Below are positions 26,458 through 38,012 of a stretch of DNA of 64,000 nucleotides, piece after piece; the stretch's first letter is position 1; every line of letters starts with the position of its first letter. Below the pieces are notes generated by a model. The model was given only the letters and a program-made list of their open reading frames with translations, searched no databases and was not told where the DNA came from. Made by a program: the position numbers and the translations under genes. Source of the stretch: Torpedo marmorata (lineage: Eukaryota); contig OZ360230.1 of the NCBI GenBank assembly GCA_977017645.1, positions 38,378,001 to 38,442,000 of the forward strand, given 5' to 3'.

Positions 26458-27257
26458 TTGCTGACCGGCTGCATCACGGTCTGGTATGGGAACACCAATA
26501 CCCCTGAGCGTAAAGCCCTCCAAAAAGTAGTGGACACAGCCCAGGACATCACAGGCAAAACCCTCCCCAATATTGAGTACATCTACAGGGAACACTGCCG
26601 TCGGAGGGCAGCAGCAATCATCAAAGCACCAGCACTACAGCACCAATAGCCCGAATAGGACTGGGATTGTCTGATCTCGGAAGCTAAGCATGCACAGGAC
26701 TGATCAGTACTTGGAGGGGAGACTGCCAAGGAACACTAGGTGCTGTAGGTTTCTGTGAGGGGCGCTGGACAAAGTAGCGACTCTCTGTCTGCCTTATGGT
26801 AGACAAAAGTTAAAGAATTTCATGTATGTTACATTCTAAATGTAGTATTACGTGACAATAATGGAACCTTTACCTTTACAAAGACCCACACTACCCAGCA
26901 CACAATCTGTTCTCACTGCTGCCATCAGGAAAGAGCTATAGGTGCCACAAGATTCACACCACCAGGTTCAGGAACAGATGCTACCCCTCCACCATCAGAC
27001 TCCTCAATGTCAAACTCATTTAAGGACTCTTACTTGTGCACTTCATTGATTTTCTTTTGTTCTCTCTGTATTGCACAGTTTGTTTACATTTATTATCTGT
27101 TTACAGTTCTTTTATTTGTTTACATGTTTACACTGTGTACAGTTTATGTTTTGCACTACCAATTAGTGGTAATTCTGCCACGCCCCCAGGAAAAAGGAAT
27201 CTCAGGGTTGTATGTGATGTCATGTATGTTCTCTGACAATAAAATCTGAAATCTGAA
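26458..27257 (+). mobile_element. 3' fragment of a second Rex1/Babar subfamily, interrupted by SINE3
   Basis: LTGCITVWYGNTNTPERKALQKVVDTAQDI is near-identical to 51201-51569. Tail GACAATAAAATCTGAAATCTGA. Confidence 0.9.
26627..26878 (+). mobile_element. 5S rRNA-derived SINE (SINE3-type)
   Basis: Head contains CTGATCTCGGAAGCTAAGCA...AGTACTTGGAGGGGAGAC...GGTGCTGTAGG (5S box A, box C and 3' end). (ACCTTT)n tail. TSD CAAAG at 26622-26626 and 26879-26883. Confidence 0.9.
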
Positions 27258-27357
27258 GGTTGTCTCTACCCAGAGGGTATTCAGATGCTCCCAATTGCTT
27301 CAGACACTTATACACACAGGGCCTAGGTTACAGATTGATCACCTGTGTTGCCTGCAG

Positions 27358-27459
27358 CAAGAGGGTACTCAGAGGGGCTCATTCTCTCAGTCACATACCC
27401 GGAAGGTTCTTCGTCATGGCTGACCTCACTTCAATTATTTTTACCCAGACAGGTCTCAG
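27358..27459 (+). other. Putative internal exon (102 nt, phase 1-1)
   Basis: CCTGCAG acceptor and CAG|GTAAGG donor. Stays in frame with 25600-25812 (T-RGYSEGLILSVTYPEGSSSWLTSLQLFLPRQVS). Confidence 0.3.
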
Positions 27460-29244
27460 GTAAGGCTGACTCACTTCAACCTCCAAGCAGCAAGCAGGAA
27501 CGTAAACCCAACTCACTGACAACACTGGAATTTCGAGGGGAGCCAGGCATGGTTTCTCTGCTGCAAGCAGCATGTGTGCAGGGAGATTTTAATGCCATCT
27601 GCAGCTTCAGTCACTCATTGTCAAGACCATGTACCGAATAAACCCACGTTAGTTGTCTATTTAATGATATGCTGATGTGAGTCCACTCCTCCAGACAGGT
27701 TGCAAAGGAATGGTCTGAGATACAGCTTGTTAATTACTAAAGGACGCAGGGAAGCAATGTAGTCACTTGTAAATGAAAGTAAAGACTCTGTTCAGTCATG
27801 ATTTTATAGTCCAATGGACCTATATCTAAAGGATATTTAGATGTATGGTTTTTATACAAGAGAGCTTTTACATAGATCAAAGCTTGCTGAATTCTGTATT
27901 TTTGCATATTTTGTTTGCTCAGAATTCAGTGTGGAGACATTTGCACCACTTAAATAAAGTGGCAAACAGGTTTGGCACCGGCTCAATCTCCATTCCCAAG
28001 ATAGTAAAAAGTGGTCTGATACTGCACTTCCAACATGAGGCAAAATGAACACCGACTTTAAAACCAAGTAAAACTTGCTGCCTTAAAGACAATATTTTTA
28101 TATCAGTACAGACATATAATTTTCTTACGAGTACAGTTGTTTCTCAAACATTGTAATGGCCACCTTCTTAGCAGTATGTTCATTTTCAGCTCTTGGTCTT
28201 ATCATCAAGAAAAAAATCTTAAGGTGCTTCACAGGAGTGTTAATAAACAAAATACAATACCAATCCACATAAGGTGATAGCGAGGGAGATAACCAAAGGT
28301 TTAATACAAGAGAAATATTTTGAGAAGGGAATATGAGAGAGGTGGAGGGTTTAGAAAGCATGTTTCAGAGCTTGGCAAATGAAGAAGAATGCCATATTAA
28401 TGCACAGATAAGCATACAGAATTGGAGAAGTGCAGGTGGGAAGTAATTGTGGAAATATCGAGAGCTGAAGCCAAGGTGGAATTGGAAAACTTGGATGAAA
28501 ATGCCAGCTATCAAAGACAAACAGTGTGCAGCATCTCATGCAAAATATGGCATCTCAGAGACAAATATGTTACTTTGTCGAGACTAAATATGTACATTAA
28601 AAATCCAATAAACAGCATTTGTAAAGAAAAAATTAATAATGACTGTTATTGTGTCTATAGGGAGCCTTTCTCTTCCATTATATTCCACCATTGACTCATA
28701 ACTGGAGTATAGAAAGATAAACCAGGCACTCAGCCCTGTGGGAAAAAGTCTTGCACCTGTGTTTGCATGTGTAGTCAGTATTCTATTCTCCTGGCAGCCA
28801 TTTATCAACAATGGAAGTACATGAACAGAACTGCCATGTTCTCGTGCCATTCAAAAGACTGTTGCAACTTTATAGAGCAAACTGGAGGTCTATCATTGGT
28901 TGCACATTTTCTCTTTAAAGCACAACCTCATACCACAGGAAAATCCATGCCAAACAAATTGGTTTCCTTGAGGGGATCTCAAACTGCTTGTTTTCAAATG
29001 AATGAATACCAAAGAAAATCTTTCAAGAGGCATTGACAAATATAAAGTAATTCTGTGGTGCAGGGAAAGGGAATGTAATTCTGCTTTAAAGAGATACTAC
29101 TGCAGAATAAAAATAAAACTATACAAAATGGAAAAGGCTTACCCAACATAAAAGGACCTGATCAGTGACCAGCTAGAAAGGAGCCTTCGTTTATAGCTGA
29201 GGTCCATTGGATTGCTGATACCAAATGCAAATGTCAGTGTATGT

Positions 29245-29487
29245 GGTAAAGGTAAAGGTTCCATTATTGTCACGTAATACTACATTTAGAATGTAACATA
29301 CATGAAATTCCTTAATGTTTGTCTACCATAAGGCAGACAGAGAGTCACTACTTTGTCCAGCGCCCCTCACAGAAACCTACAGTACCTGGTGTTCCTTGGC
29401 GGTCTCCCCTCCAAGTACTGACCAGTCCTGTGCCTGCTTAGCTTCCGAGATCAGACAATCCCAGTCGTATTCAGACTATTGGTGCTG
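29245..29487 (-). mobile_element. Second copy of the 5S-derived SINE3
   Basis: Reverse complement closely matches 26638-26878, including the 5S internal promoter boxes and the (GGTAAA)n tail on the + strand. Confidence 0.9.
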
Positions 29488-30072
29488 GCAACTGAGAAAT
29501 TCTTGCTTCAATGTATCTAAACTGCAGCAATAAATTTGTGGAACCTTAACCCAAGCAAATAAAATATCACTGCAAAGAAACTTAGATGGCATCTACAGTA
29601 TTCTGCTGGCATTTTTGATGGTGAAAAGTGATTCATATAATTTTGGAATTAAATTACATACTAAGTGGAATTATATCCTTAAGTGCAACAAAAACCCCAT
29701 TTGATTCAGAAAGCTTCTCTCAATGAATATGTTTGTAGCTGACAAACATTACAGGCAAGTTCTTCTGTCAAGAATGTGGATTTCACGCAAGTGCTTCAGT
29801 CAAGCGTGTGGATTTCACACAAGTGGACGAACTTTAGTAATACATCATCCCGAACACGGTTCTCTATCTGCTCTAACAATCTGGTTGAGGCACATGTTGT
29901 ATTACAGACAGTGATATTGAATAACAAAAGCTCATGGCTCATTTCAATAAAGACAATCACCTTGATTAAGGATGGAATCTCAGCCACATTCTCAAAGTTT
30001 GGAACAATACTGTCAACTGATTTTACTTTGTGTAACGGGTTTGCATAGGGCTTAGAAAAAGAGACGACTCAC

Positions 30073-30791
30073 GGAATTGTTTTCCAGCATTTATTTGCTC
30101 CCTTTAGAAGACAAAAATAATACAACCATTGTCTTCTGGGTTTTCTTCCTTTTCTGCCCCTTTGCTCCCTAAGCAAGGTAGCAAGTAGTATCTATCATTC
30201 ATTCTTTTCCTCAACTACACACAGAAACTGTATTTTAACATTTCAATATGTACTCAACTCAGGGTACACGGTATTAGCTGAGAGCTTTTAAGATTTGCCC
30301 AGGAAAACATTTTGCATTTTAAAATCTTTTCAACTATATAAAAAAACTATATATACAAAGTGAAAACAGTGGCACCCAGTGGGCGAGTTAAAAACTGCAT
30401 AGAAAAACGAACTAGCCAAAATCATACAATTAACAAGGAAATTCTGTACCTTTAGAAGACAAAATAATACAACCATTGTCTTCTGGGTTTTCTTCCTTTT
30501 CTGCCCCTTTGCTCCTAAGCATGCAAAATAACAGAATTTATACTATGAAATCTCGGGTCACATGATCAACACATGGTAATGGCGCCTCAACACAAGTTAG
30601 ATAAAACATTCATAAAACTCACATTAATGATTAAAACAATACAAAACCAACTGTAAAACATAATAATATTAGCAATGAACAATATATATTGAGATTGATA
30701 AAATAACCAATTCATTTTCCAAAGAAAATATTAAAGTAACCCAGCAGCAAGGTTCCCCTGCACTTACCCTAAGTAAGGTAGCAAGCAGTAT
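30073..30791 (-). other. Cluster of small exon-like segments with a tandem spliced copy
   Basis: Segment A ends at 30768 followed by GTAAGT. Exon B spans 30514-30450 (TTAG|...|GTACAG). 30191-30102 equals A joined exactly to B, followed by segment C (30101-30073) and GTGAGT. Confidence 0.7.
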
Positions 30792-33700
30792 GAGGAACAG
30801 GAAGGGAGGGGCTTAGGAAGTGCACAAGGTGTGCACCGCCAAACTCATTCCCACCGGAAACATTATTAAATTGGCAATAATTACAAGTGACTCATTGAGA
30901 TAAAATTCACAATTACAGAATTGAGAATAAAAATTATTAAAACACATTTTTAACTCTGTTACATTTGAAAAGGAATTAATACATAAATATTCCAAATGAT
31001 ATCAAAAACCTAATATGTTACATTCCTTATGCGTCCTTGCGCTCAAAATGCAATCTCTGATGGCTCATTGGGTCTAGTGGCACCAACCATTAGGGTAAAG
31101 TTCTTTGAGCGGTTGCATGTGATTTGCTCAGGTCCAAGATGAGAGAGGCAAGTTTTTGCTGACCTCCATTTTGCAACGTTCACTTCAAAAAATTTTCATC
31201 CATGATTTCAACTAACCATCGGAATAAACTCTTCCAGCACATCAATGCTCCAATATAATAGGAATCGAAAACTGTTAGGGCAGAGAAGGAGGCCATTTGG
31301 CCTCTTGATTTATTCTGATTTCTAGAAAAAGAATCCAGTTAGTCAAATTCTCAACTTTTTCCCCATAGCCCTGCAAACTATTTTCACTCAGCAGCCTACC
31401 TAACAAGCTCTTGAAAGCCCTGACTGATTCTCTTTTCGGCATCATTACAGGCAGTGAGTTCCGGGCCAAATTTGCTCTTCATGTAAAAATAGCTTTTCTT
31501 AAATTCTTTTCTTCAAATATTAAATCTGCCTGCCCCATCCGGATCCTTGTGCCATTCACTAACAGGAACAGCTCCCCTCTATTTACCCGATCTAAACTAA
31601 TCATGGATGTACACTTTTATCAAATTTCCTCTCAACCATTTTGGCTCAAAGGAGAAAAAAAACCCATTTTATTGCTTGAATTGAAATTCTCCAACTGCTG
31701 TGGTGGGATTAGATTTAAAGATTCTTATTCTATGTTCCAGGCCTCTTGATGCTAAGCCAGTAATTTAACCACTATGCTACCAAACCACAGGAATCTATTC
31801 TCTGATTCTGACCTCTTGTACTTTCCTGATTTGTATCGGTCCACCATTGGCACTCATGCCATTCACTGCCCGAGTCTTTAAATTTGGAAATTCCCTTTCC
31901 GAAGCTCTCAACTCCATGGGTCTCTCCTCCTTCGGATGCTCTTTGAAACCAACCTCATCGATCAAGCTTTTTAGTTAACTCTTCCAATTACCTCTTTTTG
32001 TGGATCAGTTTCAACTGATTCAATATTTTACTGCATTAAAAGCACAATGTAAACGTGGATTGTTGTTGCTGTTGACATTGATTAAATTGTATAAAGTTAT
32101 ATTTAAGACTGCCAATCCTCCATGAAAATGCGGTAAATCTAGCACATCATAAAAATATTTTCATGAGATTATCTGTAACCCTAATAGATTTATTATTTCA
32201 TATTTATTGCCCTCCATCTTGCCAACCCCATTTCTTTAATTTTAAGGTGTAAGGGGCTTCCTTAATTTATGGCCAGGTTGTAAATCCCAGCCAATCAGAA
32301 GTCAAGAAAGTTACTTCAATATAATCATGCCATAATTCACGCCCACTGCCTACAGCAGAATATTGATACATTACCCTCTCAAATAACAATACTGTCTCCC
32401 ACAGCAGAGCTGCATGCAGAGACAGACAGGAGAGAAAGAAGGTGATTGACTTTTTCAGACAGAAAACGTGTTATATATTAGCCTTGTCAGCCATCATAAA
32501 GTATTCCCCTAAGTATCGGTAAATGTGCAATCTGTCCACTTCCTTGCACAGTCCCCCATCCGCCCAGCAGCACTGCCATTCTAACTCAACGGCATCCAGC
32601 TCTTAACAGCTGCTTAAAGCTGATACAAGCACTTCTATCTCTCAGCAGGCAATTCTTACATAAGCATTTATTTTTCCAGATTTTTTTAAAGAGCCTGCAG
32701 GATTTAATTATGTATACAGACACTCCTATAAACTATTCTGAGAGCTTTATTGACTTTTCACTGTGCCTGCATATTCCTACAATTAAACCAAATGAAACTT
32801 TCCATTTCTGCCAAGCCTTGCCCAGGTTTCTGTTTGCTATAATAACACAATCCAGCTCAAATAGATAATAGTTATCAGGAACAGCTGGCTTTTTACTGCA
32901 TTTTAATATTATAGGCAATCAATTGGACCCCTTCATCTCAGAATCGAGTACAAATCCCACCTAGTTACTTGGGCCGTTAAAGTGACAAGGGCAGTGACAA
33001 GGGTAAGGGGAAATGACCTGCCTGCTTCAAGTTTGAATATTGCTGGAGTGAAAGGCTGTGTGAGGTATGATTGGTCTGAATTTTCAGGAGACCTGCTGTC
33101 CAACCTAGACCTGGTCAGTGTCGTGTTTGCACTTTCCCGTTCAACATCAGCCACTGAGGCTGTCGGGCCGACTGATGACCTGTTATGCCGGGTATCATGA
33201 GAAGGGGAGCTGGAGACAGTGAGGGGGAAGGAGAGATAGCTGTTGCCTTTGTCCACTTTCTCCAGTGCGGTTCTGTGGTATTTACTAGACTCCTGCTACA
33301 CTCCATTCAATACGGCGCGCGGCAGTTCATACACAGCGGGCAGCCACAGGCACACCAGGCCCGTCTGTGGAAACCTACCTCTTTTTCATACATCTCCAGT
33401 AGAATTATGCACCTCAACTGCTCTCTTAAGCTGTTCTAATTTCCCTTTCCCTCTTTAAGCTGCCCTGTGAGCCATGAGCATGCATTAAAATCTCCCTAAA
33501 ACAGTTACCCAGAGGCAATGTAATTCCAAAACAAGCACCTAACACTTCACAGCTAAGAAATAATGGATTAATTTGAACCTAATGTCGCCCCAGTTTACTG
33601 CTCCAAATGTTCTGCTGCAGACATAGCCCCAAGGCATAGTGCTGTGGCATGAACACAACTCCTGGAACCGCAGCTACAGTTGGCTTAACATCTGTGCTTC

Positions 33701-36700
33701 ACATTTACCATGTGCCTCATTATCCTGTGCCCCACTGTGCCTACCTGTCCCAATCAAGCTTCTCAGCCACAGGCTATCCAATTTTTTCCCAAATAAGAAT
33801 CTTTGTTCTCTTTCTCACTTACTAAATTTCTGAGAGACCTCTGCACCCTTAGCAGTAGGGGTTTCTGTCCAGGCATACCTTATGTGTTCTGGAGACTCTG
33901 AACATTTCTTTAATAAACAGAGTGAGGGGGAAAAAAAAAGTGAAACATAAAATGCTCCAACCTGTCACTAAATAAATCTCTCCCCCTTTTTTTCTGCTGG
34001 TTCTAATACATGAGGCCTGAACACATGAGAAAGTTGTTTGTTTGACTTTATAGGGCTGATTTATTTTGAGAGTGTGAAGTGTGAACACTGGGATCAGCAA
34101 GCACAGATTTCTGAGCTGGAGAAACCAGAGAAATGATTAGTGCCTACTTTTCAAATGAAAATATTTTTTCTAAATAGTAAATGTTTTCACTGGGCACCAC
34201 CTGATTTAACTTGAAGCGCTCGTTTGCAGCAAGGCCGTGAAGTTTAAAATATTTGTCATCAAAGCCAATTAAAATATAAAAAATGAATTATAGAGTCACA
34301 AATATGCACTAAAGTACCACTTTTACATGTAAGTTATAATAGATACATTGTTGAAGTGTTGTAATTACAGCATGAGGTTTTTCTGGAGGCTAGCTCAACA
34401 CATGGATCTAGATCCTAGGTTATACTGTATAATGTTTGCATAAGATGTATGGAACTGATCATGTGATATTAATTTGATGATATCATTTTGCCGGGACATT
34501 GAGTAATTATGCTTATTTGGAAAACTTTAAATAAAGTTTCCAATGCTGATGTGAAAGTCTGATAAAAACTTCCACTACATTTATTCAGTATTTTTTCTTT
34601 TTTGTCCACACACTTGGCATTCCCAAGATAGTGATCGTTATGACTTTTTTTTTCAGGTGTATGTGAAAAAAACTAGCCTCCATCTGGTTTATATCAATTG
34701 CAGGGCAAAGGTATTCTCCAGCTTCAGATTCTGTTTATCACCTACCTACCCATGTACCAGGCAAATGCGTTTCCGTCTCTGTTACACAGTCATTGAACAA
34801 AATAGTCCGAAAAATCGCTCAGGATTCCTCCAGTCGGAAGCTGTTGAAAAGAGGGTTTTGAATTGTGAAAGCAGTATGAAGCTCTGCTATGTTTTCCTCA
34901 CTGACTCTTATTCCATTCATTCTCAAAGCAACCAAGTGATTCAAAGAGGAGTGTTCTGAGGGGCTTTTATTGAAGGACAGTAGCTCAACAAGCTAGGTGT
35001 TATTTTTGCCTCATAACACATACCCATAAGCAAAAAGAAGTAAAAGGGCAATGTTTTTTATGAAGGCTGTGTGTCATTGAAAACTCCTGTAAAAGGGAAT
35101 TCTTTTGTTAAAAAATCAACAGTTTGTAAAAACAGAAAATGTGAATCCTGCTGCACACCTGAATACTGCTAACTCCTGTTTATTAATTTTTTTTGTGTAG
35201 TTTATTTTTTATTTGACAGAAGGCTGTTGCAGTCTATTTCTCCAGTTCCTATCCCATCCTTCATCAAGAATATAAATAAGACTAACTTCAATCACTCAAC
35301 GTACCCGATTCAATATTCCATCCAGTTCCTAATATTTAATTGAAGGTGTCATTTCCTTGTGGAACAAATGTACTCAGTCAACTGAATATTAATAAAAATA
35401 GAAACAACTGTATTATCAACTTCTGTCTGCTAAATCAAGGGATTTTTTCCAAAAATTGTTCTAAATGGAGGATAGTTACATACAGATTTTACACATAAAA
35501 AGTCACTTACAGCAGTGTGATCACAAAGCTTGGTTGGCAAAGGAATAACTCAGTTATCATCACTCTGTCTATCACATTGCCACCATATGCAGCCTATTTA
35601 AAAGTATAATTATTCCTAAATGTAGGACAAAAGTATTTAAAATGGTTGTTTCCTTGTGCTAAGCTCATTCTTCGTTTCATTGGTAAAACTCACATGATTA
35701 TCATTTTTAAATGACATAACACTAAATATAGTAAATAATATTGATATAGGAAAGCAATAAATGCAACAATTACATTCCAAGTCATTGTCTGATCGTATTA
35801 GTTTTGGAATGAATATATGTGCATGATTGTGATTGAAAATCTGATCAAAACTTTAGTTTGAAAAATTGTTGCAATTTAATATGTTTCACTGATTGCTGAG
35901 TTTTCCCAAAGTGAAAATGTGATATAGTACTTATTGGTGGAGGGTTGCTCTGTGTAGATCAGCTCCATTTCGTCACTACAGTGAAGATGCAAAGCATAGC
36001 AGACATAATTTATGTGAATAGTGAGCTATTCTTGAAAAATGAGTGGTCCACTCATCTTTCTAATTCTCCATACGACATTACAGCCGTGACTACGATTTGG
36101 TCGGTAGGAGCTAAATAAATCCACATTCTTCTGGTGAAGGAGGCAATAAAAGTTTTGAATGGAGTAGGTGTTTTTCCTTGCTAATGAGATAAAGTTATAA
36201 TCAAGGATGGAGAAACTGCAAGGAGGCAACAACCATTCTTGCCTGTTCCCAATTCTTCTAATGCAGAAAAAGGATGGAACGAATAACACAAAATAAGAAA
36301 TTTGAATCACAGCAACCAGCTTTTCACCAAGATGATTGGAATCACTGAGGAGAAGCACATTCTGCTGTTTTGTTAACTGAGCTTGAGGACATTCTATGAA
36401 GATGTCTCCTCATTGTAATATAATCTATTGCCACTGTAGAGAAGCATCTTTCAGATGATCTCTTTAAGGGACCTCCACTCTAGTGGACTTTGCTAACCAC
36501 CAGAAGTGATAATTTTCTGCTTTTAATGTTTACAAAGCATTACTCAGCATCATAACAATTTTTTATATCAACTACTCAGCCACAGAAAATACACATTACT
36601 GCCAATTCGTGGAAACCACACCTTTCAAAATATCTGTTGCAAAAGTCAGATGAGTGGCAGAGGAACAGGAAGTATAATTCCTGTGTTCACAAACACAGAC

Positions 36701-37018
36701 TGCATTTATAGATTAACCAGTTAAATTGATTGTGTGGTACACGTTGTGTTGTACAACTGTGTTTTATTAGAAGATGTTTGAATTGTGATAATTCTGCAAC
36801 TTTTGCTTTCTGAAAATATTTAGCTCATTAAGTATGAGGAACTTACAAGCTACTGCTTTATGATACCCTTGCATAGTGTTATTTGTATACAAATAGCTGA
36901 AAGGTCAATTCCCCAATCTTGTGTTTGTGTATTTTATTTAACAAATTTGTGGGAAGATTGTAAAGATGCAAAATTGCAGTTCTTCTTAAAATGATCAATC
37001 AACTAAAATGACTTTTAT

Positions 37019-37317
37019 GACTTTTACACAGCCGCTGCATAATGGGAACATCTCGGAAATTTCCCGTTATACTGGCTGTTCAAAAATGTCGTGACGGAAA
37101 TTAGTTACTAATTTCCGTCCCGACATTTTTCCTGCAGCAGCCCTAGACATTTTTGCGGATTGCCTGCAGTCTAAATTGAACTGCAGGCGGTCCGCAAAAA
37201 TGGGTTAAAGAATACGACGTACCTGTGTACGTCCGAATCGACGTCGACCCACGTCCACCCTCCGGAATCACCGCAATGCAGGAAGTTAGTGTCAACGTCC
37301 ATCCTGTGTGAACGGCC
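37019..37317. mobile_element. Probable PIF/Harbinger-type MITE with internal palindromes
   Basis: Imperfect termini GACTTTTACACAG / CTGTGTGAACGGCC. CpG-rich interior with hairpins at 37082-37130 and 37148-37202. Confidence 0.6.
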
Positions 37318-37754
37318 ACTCCGGTGGGTAAGTATGCATATTGATGATAGGAAAATCTCAGTACCTCTGACTAAAAATGATAATTGACAAGTGTTCATGC
37401 CAACTCAGTGAGTTTAATGACTGTGCAATGATCTCATTGCTCAATGAGGTTGTTGATTAATGTTTACATTAAACTTAATGATTTTGCTGATGTGATCATA
37501 CCAGTTCAGCTACTTTAGGTAACAAGTGACGAATAATCTCACTGTGACCTTTCTTTTCCAATTTGGTACCATCGAAATTGTCATTCATGCACCTGTTCTG
37601 GACTTGACTTTGTGATGCACTCCTTGATGACTTCCATTGTTCTACCCTCTGGATGTTTGAGGCCATTGAATGCTTACTGTCCATGGCTTAATTTACCCCA
37701 GTTCTGTTCTATGTATGACCTCCATTAGCTCCTGGATAAGGAATGCTCTAATGT

Positions 37755-38012
37755 TAAATTTTAAATTTAAATGTAGACATACAGCATGGTAACAGGTCCT
37801 TTCGGCCCACGAGCCCGTGCCGCCCAATTACACCCAATTGACCTACAATCACCGGTACGTTTTGAAGAGTGGGAGGAAACCAAAGCACCTGGAGGAAACC
37901 CACGCAGACACGGGGAGAACGTGCAAACTCCTTACAGACAGCGTGGGATTCGAACCCTGGTCCTAATCGCTGGCACTGTAACAGCGTTGCGATAACCGCT
38001 ACACTAACCATG
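37755..38012 (-). mobile_element. tRNA-derived V-SINE/HE1-like SINE
   Basis: B box GGTTCGAATCC, V-type core GAGTTTGCACGTTCTCCCCGTGTCTGCGTGGGTTTCC and a (TTTAAA)n tail. Confidence 0.85.

Noticed and set aside
26636-26752. Functional 5S rRNA gene
   Set aside because: Diverged 5' half, attached body and LINE-like tail, TSD and a dispersed second copy indicate a SINE.
29796-30050. Minus-strand open frame PYANPLHKVKSVDSIVPNFENVAEIPSLIK as the exon after segment C
   Set aside because: Its acceptor lies only 22 nt from the C donor, too short for an intron, and the peptide is not recognisable.
32174-32186. TAACCCTAA as a telomerase RNA template
   Set aside because: AT-rich context with no pseudoknot, CR4/5 or H/ACA domain visible.
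32761-32790. CTGTGCCTGCATATTCCTACA...AAACCA resembling the U17/SNORA73 m1 and m2 motifs
   Set aside because: The surrounding hairpin, H box and ACA context are absent and the spacing is wrong. Treated as chance unless cmscan says otherwise.
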